Shown: positions 54,691 to 64,000 of the stretch, one piece after another | How positions within the stretch are numbered: the stretch's first letter is position 1 | Layout of the letters: each line of letters opens with the position of its first letter | Assembly (NCBI RefSeq): GCF_036321535.1 | Contig: NC_087437.1 | Coordinates: forward strand, 93,064,001 to 93,128,000 | DNA length: 64,000 nucleotides | Direction: 5' to 3' | Source of the DNA: Camelus dromedarius | Taxonomy: Eukaryota | Made by a program: the position numbers and the translations under genes | The notes under the pieces: model-generated | The model's input: the letters and a program-made list of their open reading frames with translations, nothing else | What the model was told of the DNA's origin: nothing | The model's database searches: none

Positions 54691-56670
54691 TCTAAAAATG
54701 CACTAGAAATTTGATAATAAAAGGAAGGAAAAGAAAGGACGAGAGGAGTAGATACTAACCCTCTCTGTTGCCTCCATTCTCTTGTCCTACTTCTCTTTTC
54801 ATTTCCTGTTTCCTGGTTCACCATGGCAGAATGACTTCTGTCCTTCCGAAGTACTGGAATCAAAAGTCTTCTGCTGCTAAATCCTTCCCTCATTCTGGTA
54901 CCACTGGCCCACCTTTCTTCCTTACATCCACTCTCTCCATATGCTGCACCACCATCTTGATTTCCCTTTCCTCTCTACCCACTCCATGTGTTATCTGTTT
55001 CTGTCACATTGAAACCCAATCATTTGTCCTTTTTACTTGCTCTCTTCCCTTGAAGAACTCACACAAGCTCATAGCTTCAACTGTCAGCTCTGTCAAGATG
55101 ACCCCTAATCACCCTCCCATCTTGCCTGTTTACCCAGTGCAATGTTGTGATGTTGTGATGTTCAGTGACTGTTAGGAAGTACAGGGCCACATGGAATCAT
55201 AGAGTTTTGAGAGGCAGAAGAACTCTGGCATGACCTGGTTCACCCCACTCAAATTAAATAGAATTGGTTGGGTGAGGAGATAATATTTTGAAATGGTTTC
55301 CAAATGTGTGCCAAAAGTTAAATTGCATAACAATGGATGGTGTATGAATACTTTTATTTATATTGACTCCTCTTATCCTCACATAATCTTAGTGATGGGG
55401 TCAGACAAGTATTCTTATCCTCAGACTAAATTAAGCATCAGAAAGATTTTTAACTTTCACAAGATTGTATTCTTAGTAAGTGAATAGATGTGATTTAAAT
55501 TCCTGTAAGTTTAGCACCATTTTTTATTTGGCACCAGATAATTCATCTTTCTGTTCCCCTGTAGAAATGCCATTAAAATAGATAAAGCGTGTCTCACTAA
55601 TTACTTATAATTTTATTTGTTTTCTCTGCTTCTCTTTGTAAAAGTTAATGGTGCCTCTGACTAAATGTCATTTTATGCACTGTTATAGTAGTCTAGTTTC
55701 TGACACTCACAAGCACAGATCAGGTTAACTGGAATATTTTAAAAATAAGCATACTCACTTTAAAATAGTAAAATATTTTTTAAGGAAAAAGATGACTACT
55801 CAAATTTTTTATTAAACCCAGATATAAATCTCAGTATATTTCAGCTTCAAGTCCAGATTCAGGAAAGTGTCATGCTAGGTGCTGAATGATATTAGAAGAT
55901 GGAAGAATTTGGAGACTAAAAATCCCATAGAATAGAGGAAAGGACACTTCACAAAGAGGTGAAAAAGAAGAGATCTGCTGTCATGAGTTTTCTTGATAAG
56001 TTTGTGTTCTTCCTTGAGCAGCAGAAGATACAATATGCACATTAGTCCCACGTTACCAGCACTGGTTTACAGCATGGGAGTTTCAGTTTGTTTTAGCCAC
56101 ATACAATAGGCACAGGCTTGGAAAAGTTTTAGGGAGTTGAGCTTCCCAGTAGTTTATATTAGAAGCATTTAATTGTATATATTTCCTGTTCTTGCCTTAA
56201 TAATTTTGGAGGTAGGAAATTTATTCCTGGTGAAATTTTGTTTGTTGACTGCTTCAGATGACTTAACCTCAGGGTTATATAGAATCATCCTACTGTGTTA
56301 AATTAACTCTCTTATGTTCATCATGGTCACTTCACTTTGGAATTTTAATAATTTTTGGATAGTATATAAATAAAACTTAGTGTTTGTGAAATGACTATGA
56401 AAACAAATAAGTCTACACAGAATTTGATTCAAAACTTACCAGGATTTTTGCTTATTTCAGTTATATAAATCATCTTTACGTTTGACTATCATGGCCAAAA
56501 CATTTGTTGTTTTGCTTTGAATTGTACAAAAATGTGTTTTGCAGAAATAACTTAGCAGCTTTACTCTTTCCTTGTGTAATTCTTCTCCACATCTACCTAG
56601 TAATACTAAACCAATATGATTGTTCTAAAGATGATTGTGAACTACTATATTAGAGTTATTGTACCCCTGG

Positions 56671-56674
<4 letters not shown>

Positions 56675-56732
<58 letters not shown>
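56675..56732. repeat. (TA)29 microsatellite
   Basis: Read directly from the sequence. Confidence 0.95.
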
Positions 56733-56734
<2 letters not shown>

Positions 56735-56924
56735 CAATCATATGTGTATGTGTGTTTAAAGCTCTCATTCATCTTTTGTTTGATTTTGATGCCTGTAGAG
56801 AAATGTTTTCAATGAATCCTTTCCTTCACAATCATCAACCAAGGTAAAGTTTTCATAGTTATGGGCTGTTTGTCTACAAGTCCTCAGGAATGACTGGGGG
56901 TAATGATGCATATGTGAGTGCATG

Positions 56925-56981
56925 CACACGCACACACAGACGCACACACACACACACACGCACATGCACACACACACACAC
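56925..56981. repeat. Imperfect (CA)n microsatellite
   Basis: Read directly from the sequence. Confidence 0.9.
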
Positions 56982-58344
56982 CTGTGAGTTTTGTGTGACA
57001 GTTTCTCTTGGGCAGCTAGCTCAGCCCCTTCTCATTTACCTTTCTAAAGCACTGAGTAAGCCCAAACTTATGATTTTCTATTTGGTCTTAAAAGTTAAAA
57101 GAGGAAGAGGAATATATATTAACTATATGTTACTCCTAATAAGTTTTGACTTCAGATAAAGAAAAAGGTGGTTTCTACTCTCAGCACTAAAAGAATCTAC
57201 TTTCAAATGTTTAAGTATTTTCACGTTCATTTGCTTTGCAAACTTTAACTGGCCGCTGGTGGTAGAGTGGTAGAAAATATTTTCCCTAGGTACATATCCA
57301 GGCCCCGCCAAATTATGTAGATATATGATTTTTGACAAGTCACTTTGATGTTCTATGCTTAAGTTCAGTCATCTGTATGAAGAAAGTTAAGCAGTCAAGT
57401 TAATAATGCAAGTCTTTGAGTATATGTCGACTTTAGTAAACATGTAATCACTTATCAACTTCAACTAAGAATTATATAAAATGTCTATCTCCAGGGCTTA
57501 CACCAATCAGAGTTATTCACTTGAGAATTAATTGCTTCAAGCTGACATGCATTTGTTTAACTGTTTTGACTTCTCCAAAAAGAAGGGGAAAAAAACCTTT
57601 TAAAATGTCCAAGTAAAACTTTATAGATAATGAAATGGGATTGTGTTAGAAGTTACACTGTACAGATCTGAAATGTTAACTCTATAAAACAAGGGAAGAA
57701 AATAAAGATTTTTTTATGACTAAAGTAGTATTAAATTATTTCTTAAAGTTTAGCAGAAGCATGCATAGATCAGAACCCAAGGAGGAAACTGCAGGAGGAA
57801 AATGATGTAAAGAAGACCCACTCAATAAATATGCCTGGTACTAATCTAGGTCCCAGGCAGAGGGGAGGAGGGGGCATGGGGAAAGACAGAAGTCCCCTAT
57901 AGAGATTGTATTTTAGTAAAGAAAGAAAATAAGGTACTTAAGTTTGTGGTATGATAAAAGTTGATAATGCTATGGCGAAAAATCTGGACAAGTGCAGGAG
58001 GGTGTGAAGTTTTAATTGTCAGTTTCAGTGTTCAGAGTTGGTTTCTCAGTCTTTCTCAGAAGCCTGAGGAGCATTTTTCTTAAAAAAAAAAAAATTAAAA
58101 TTTTAGAAGCATTTAGTCCTCAAAGAGTTCAATGTACTGTTCAATTAAATTTCAATGTTCAGATTTTTAAATAATATGAAAAATGTTCAGATTCTAGTGA
58201 GAACAAAGACATGGGAAAAGGGGATGGATATAAAGGGCAGAAAGGACAAAAAGGCCAACTTGGGTATTAAAAAGTAAGAGAATAAGTTGATCTACTTTTG
58301 TATTTTTTATCACTTGAGACAGCAGTTTAAATGGTTAGCTTCTA

Positions 58345-58600
58345 TAATAATAATATAAACAGCAACTAATAACTTGAGCACTGTCCCCGGTGCTGGGCAC
58401 TGGGTTAAGCACTTGTTGTACATTGCTCTGGTGAATCCTCACAGCAACCTCTGATGTCTTACCTTCATTTTACCAGTGAGAAACTGAGCCTCAAGGAAAC
58501 TCAGTAACTTGCTGGAAGACACACAGTTGGTAATTGGCAGAACTGGGTTAGGATGTAATTGTTGGACCCCAAAGCCCGTGGACACACCCACTGCCTTTTA
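58345..58600 (-). mobile_element. MIR SINE
   Basis: ttgagcact...ctgggcactgggttaagcactt...aatcctcacagcaacctctga...cattttaccagtgagaaactgagcctca. Confidence 0.8.
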
Positions 58601-60603
58601 TTTACTCCTCTAGGATGCGTCCTCCTGTTCTTTTCTGTCTGCATAAAAATGGCTTAGAGGATGCTTGCCGCTTGCAATTGTCATTATTTTTCAGGAACTT
58701 TGAAGTTTCCAGTTATCTTTTCCATTTATATAGATTGTGTTGGACTCCACTGCAGGATGTATTAGAGTAAATTTGGGTGAAGGTGTTTCTTTATAGTCTA
58801 TGTCAAAATTATTTTGAGTTCAAAAGCACAATATGTTTGTAAGAAATGTTGCATCTGCATGGTTGAAACTCATTGTAATGACAAAGTATGTAGTTAAAAG
58901 ATAAATAAAACGCTTGTTTGTTTTTTCTTTTGCAGTTCTAAATAATTGCTATTGCTTCATCGAATTATTGAATTTATAATATCTTTGGGTAATCCTTAAT
59001 GGCAGAGACAAAAAGCAACAATTTTAGAGGGAGATTAGGCTAGAAGTGTAGGCATATTTTTTCATTGTTTTTCTTTCTTGAGTTACTAAGAAACAGTGAC
59101 ATTTTTTAGTTCAAGTTATATAATCTTCTAGGACAAAGAAAAGTTCCTAATTAGGTTAGTCAAAGTATTCTATAAAGTGTTTATGCAAATAGGATAATTA
59201 TTCTAGAGAAAATATGCAGTACTTGATATTTTATATTATCATTCGATTTGTTATTTACTGGTGTGTATCATTAACCATGCCTAAAAATAAACTAATAATT
59301 TGCATGAAAATGCATTTCAAAAAGCATAGCAATCCATTAATTAACATGGTAGATTGTCTTTGAGCCCCTCATCCTTTGGGTTTGCTTTATTGCTATTCTG
59401 CATTATTCAGTTCCTAAGAATGTACAGTTAAGGAAGTAAACTTGCAGGAATTGGAGTTTAATTTTTAGTCTAAAATCAGAAACCTGATTTAACAAGTGCA
59501 TCCTAGGCTATACTGGAAATACACTTCTGTTTTGCATTTAATTAAGGCATGTGGTTGTCATTTAAACTTTTAATGAAGACAGTGTTCGCAAACTTGAATG
59601 CATATGTAGCTCATGTATTGAAGTTGTTGGTTTTTCAAGGACAAAAAAATTTTAATGTGAACTAATAAAAGTTAAATATATATATATATTTGTATAAATA
59701 TGTATATGTATAAATATATATATATAGTCCCCTTAGAAGTTCCACTTGCCATTTATACTTTTACTACATTCAATAGTAAATTTCCTATTTATTTTTGCAT
59801 TATTCTCTGTTTTAATTTTATTTTAGAAATATAATATTGGGAGATTTTTAAAAAATTAAAGTCAGGGAGGAGAAAAAGCTAAATAGATACTGTGTATTGA
59901 AAGCAATATTCTTATAAATGTCACATTGCCATGAAATAGTTTTGAACAAATAATGAAAATATCAGAACTCATTTCTAGTGTTGAATTTTTAAGTTATTGT
60001 ATACTCTAGACGACAGAGCTAAAGATAGAAATGCCTAAATCAGATGCACACACCCACACATGCACATATCTACCTCACTCTAACACACATACACATTCAT
60101 AAAATATACAGCAACACATCACAAGTCTTCGCTACTTCTGCACTTGGAAAGAGACCAGAGAGAGCAACTAAAAGTTATCATTTATGGCCATTTCTATGGC
60201 TCTCAGGACAATACATGAAGTATAATTTAATTATATTTATAAAATAAAGGGACAGATCTATTTGATTTGCTGTACAGCCATAACCTAAGATTTTGTGAAC
60301 TGTGGCTGACAATAAATAAAGTTCAATTCATGAAACATAAAGAGGGAAGATTAAGTTAGAACATTGTCACAAGTCCTGTGCTGAGTAGTTATCTTCAGAC
60401 TGTTAAAAACATAAAATTCTTCCTGCTTTCCAGCACCTGTTCTTACTCTACCAGGTGTTTGTTCACAGTTCTTTAGAATTTCCTATCTAATGTTTTCTAC
60501 CTTCGATATAGATTCTCTCCTGGGGTCACTTAGCTCTCAAACGTTGTTACAATCATAATACTATGGGTGGGTCGACTGAAGAATCGTATCTGAAAATAAC
60601 ATA

Positions 60604-60771
60604 CCAAATTCATGTATTCTAAGGGTACATTTCTTTTCACGTTTTAACATGTCTTCAACTGGGATACATCTTACAATGACTGGCATGGTAGTGATATTTT
60701 TTCTCTTTTTTGGAGGTGTATAAAATAATTCATCTTAAAATTGGTGGTGTCTTAGATTTAAAGATGTATGG
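60604..60771. mobile_element. MER104-like TcMar-Tc2 DNA transposon
   Basis: ttcatgtattctaagg.tacattt...ttttaacat...gggatacatcttacaatga...gtcttagattt, with decayed inverted termini. Confidence 0.6.
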
Positions 60772-63700
60772 CAACTTACCAGCTTTGCCATCTTTATGGT
60801 CTTCTAGTCACTAGAGAACCCCTTTTATTGTCACTCAACCCGAAGCCTCAGGGTTTGTACCTTACAATAAATTTCCTCAGTTTCATCAGCAGGAGTGAAG
60901 TGAGTTTAGTGCAGAATGATCTAAATGACAGTACTTCTTACATCAAAATCCTTATACTTCGAACAGATACTTTATCAAGTGTCTGAGCAAACACAGCAGC
61001 TTTTGAAGTATTTGAAGAGCCATTGAATTTAAGCATCTTCATGCCTTCACTCTTCTTTAATCTTATTAGTACAGGTCTTCAGAACATGGCTCTTCCTTGG
61101 TTCAAACTTAAGGACATAGATTATAAAATAATGCTTAAAACTTATCTACTTCAACCTGTTGATAGACATATCAAATACTTAGGAAGCTCTTGAATTTAGA
61201 ATAAGAAGAAGTCATAATATCTTAATGACATCCAAATGGATAGGGATCGATTTGATCTCCTTTAAAAAAAAAACTCTATAAAAAAAAACACTACAAAACT
61301 CTGTCATTCTGTCATTCCTTCCCTATTGTATTTTTCCAAATTGAGCAAAGTAAATTTTTTATTTCAGTATTTTGTATTCTCCAATCAAATAAGCAAATGA
61401 ACCAGTTAAACAAGAAAATGATCTAGAACAAATGCAGTAAACCTCAGATATGACTCCATAAGAAATGTTAAGATCACAGTCCTTTAATGCCAATCTTTTA
61501 GATTTAATTAGATTAAACGTTTAGATGGATATCACTTTATCTGCTTTTCTTATTTTTATTCTTCATGTCATATTCATTCTGGCCTCTTTATGCTTATAAT
61601 CTGAAATTTAGAATTAAACAAGAAACTGCATATGAAAATACTGTGCATGATTCTTGGCATGAAACAGGCACCCACCTGTGGAGACTAGGGTAATTAGATC
61701 TACATTTGATGTGCATCTCTGCCACTAAGCCTACTGCGTGTCTTTGGGCAGAACTATTCTCCCTTTCCATCTATTTCCCCAAATTGAGTATCAGTTTCCT
61801 TACATTTGAGTATTGTCAGTTGCACATCCAAAATCTCATAGGTTTATGTTTGTATCTCCATTTGCACTATCCTTGGACCATTGCTAGATTCCTGGCTGGT
61901 TTCTCTGATCCAGTCTTTCCTTTGTCCATTCTGTTCCACCCTTGACCTTCAGGTTAATTTTCTTGATTGTCACAACCTTTCTTAAAAATCTTCAACTTTC
62001 TCATACCTAATTACAAAATAATTCTTAACAGTCTAGCCCAGCCTTCAAAACTTTTTCTATACAGGCTGTCAATCCTACCTTCCCTTCTTGGCTCTATATT
62101 TCAATGCATATTGCTTTCTGCTTTGTTTATAGACATTCATGTGCATTTCTTATCTTCCGTTACAGACTATGAGTTTCATGTAAACTAAAATCACACCATA
62201 GTCATTTTTTTTTAATCTTGCACAGTGCCTTGTACATTGTGTGGGTTTAATAAGTGAATGGGAAAATAAGATAATTTTTCTACTTGCCTCTAGTATAAAA
62301 AATAAGATATGTAATTTAGCTGTTCTTGGTGAATCAGGATTGTCATCCTAAATACCATTTTCAAAGATATATTGAGACCCTCTTATGAGAAGGCACTCTG
62401 CTAGGTGTAGGGAGGTAACTGTGAACAAAAGATGTGTTGTTTAGATGTTGCGATGTCCTGCTACATTTGTTTTATCTACTGCAGAATTGGAAACCACATG
62501 AAGAAGATAGTTCAAGTATATATAGGCTCTGAGTTATATTTTCAGGGAGATGTTCTTTGGTGGAAGACAGAGCTTTGTAGGGGTGTTGGTGCTGTGTGGG
62601 TCCCAAGTCGTGTGTATGTGTGTGTGTGTGTGTATGTCTCCCCATGTGCATTAGAAATGGGGAGTGAGGGAATGCTGAGAGAACAGAAAAACAAAAATCC
62701 AATTGCCCAGATAACCTCTTTACAAATGTTTGTTCTAAGCAGTGTTCTTAAAAGGTGGGTTTTCCTGATTCTTGAGTAATATGTGGTAGTAATTTACAAT
62801 GATAAAGCTCTTTCACAATCATTACTTTTAATCTAGTATTTTAAATTGTTGAAATTTCTGGAGTTTAAGTTTTGCCTTTTCTAAAGGAAGTTGTGTTCCC
62901 TGGCAATATAGACACAGGGCTAGGTAATTCCAAAAGTGACCACAGCAGAATTTGTTCATTAAATTATAGATCAGAGATAAAGGTCTAAACTGATGTTTTG
63001 AAACTTTATGGCTTTTGTAAGCTTTTTCTTCATAGCTAGAAATTATATACATTGAGTAGATTATAACCATTTTCAGTGTGATGATCCCTTTCAATGTCAA
63101 AAAGAAATTGGTCCTGATAATAACAATTGTTCTTTCAGTATCCTTGATTGAGAAAATACATAGGCGAAAAACTCAAATTCTGCAGCTTTTTAAATGAACC
63201 TATATCTTGTTAATCCAAAAAAATGCACTTTCTTTGAAATATAGTACCAAATGGGTATAATAACATAATTTAGTCTTCAAACAATACATATATAGATTCC
63301 CAGTCCCTTATAATAACATAATTACTCATTCTGTGAGACCCTCATAATGACACAACAACCAGTGATTGTCAACCCACAGGTTGGGAATCACTGCTTTTCA
63401 TGATATATTTGCTTTCTTCAGTCACTACTGCCAGTAATCTGTGTTGTTTACCAATAATTGAATAATTGATACTGTATTTCAAATGTTTTAAAAAGGATTC
63501 TAGGGCATTATTTTCTAAACTGTACTGTACTCTTGTTTTTGTGTAATGCTTTTTGAAGACTTGTGCAAGTATTTAATGAGCTAGGATGAAGAACAAAAAT
63601 GTAAACTTATATTTTAGTAGCTCCTTTCATTCCCCCATGCTTCATTTATTTACCATGTCTCTATTTATTTTCACTATCATATTTCCCCATTAAATAAAAT

Positions 63701-64000
63701 CTGTATGCTCACATCATCTGCAGCTTACTGGCAGTAGTAGAGCAGGCTGACCTGGATGGAGGGAAATGGAGCCACCGATCCCAGCAAGAGTTCTGTGGCG
63801 AGTTCATCTGCATCTTTTACCCAAATATAGGTTCCCTAGGCATTAAAATGACGGTCATAGTTTGTTATTTACATGCACTTTTAATGTGATCATTTTTACT
63901 GTAATGAAAAATATACTAACATTTCTGAGATTTAATATTTATATTACCAGGAAGAGAAAACACAAAGCACTTAGACGCCTGTCTCCCTCCTTAGGCTGGA

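Overview
This is an AT-rich, CpG-depleted mammalian genomic window lying entirely inside the GBE1 gene (1,4-alpha-glucan/glycogen branching enzyme, GH13 family) on the + strand. Five coding exons are present: 1207-1305, 4561-4671, 8993-9164, 43319-43503 and 45113-45243. Their sizes (99, 111, 172, 185 and 131 nt) and translations match human exons 10-14 as I recall them, about residues 413-645, including the catalytic ESHDQ motif. The reading frame is intact across all four internal junctions. The intron after the last exon starts with ATATCCTTT, a minor-spliceosome (U12, AT-AC) donor; its acceptor lies beyond the window. tRNA-Ala-derived Vic-1-like SINEs suggest a camelid. The rest is intronic sequence full of L1, L2, MIR, MaLR LTR and DNA-transposon relics plus microsatellites. 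Nearly all ORFs in the supplied track are spurious. I found no convincing new biological system. The most notable items are the U12 intron, an apparent Pro->Leu change in the conserved PGK motif, an L1 insertion with a 3' transduction, unusual exon-13 acceptor architecture, and a diverged direct duplication that preserves a hairpin. Human numbering and repeat family names come from memory, not from a database search.
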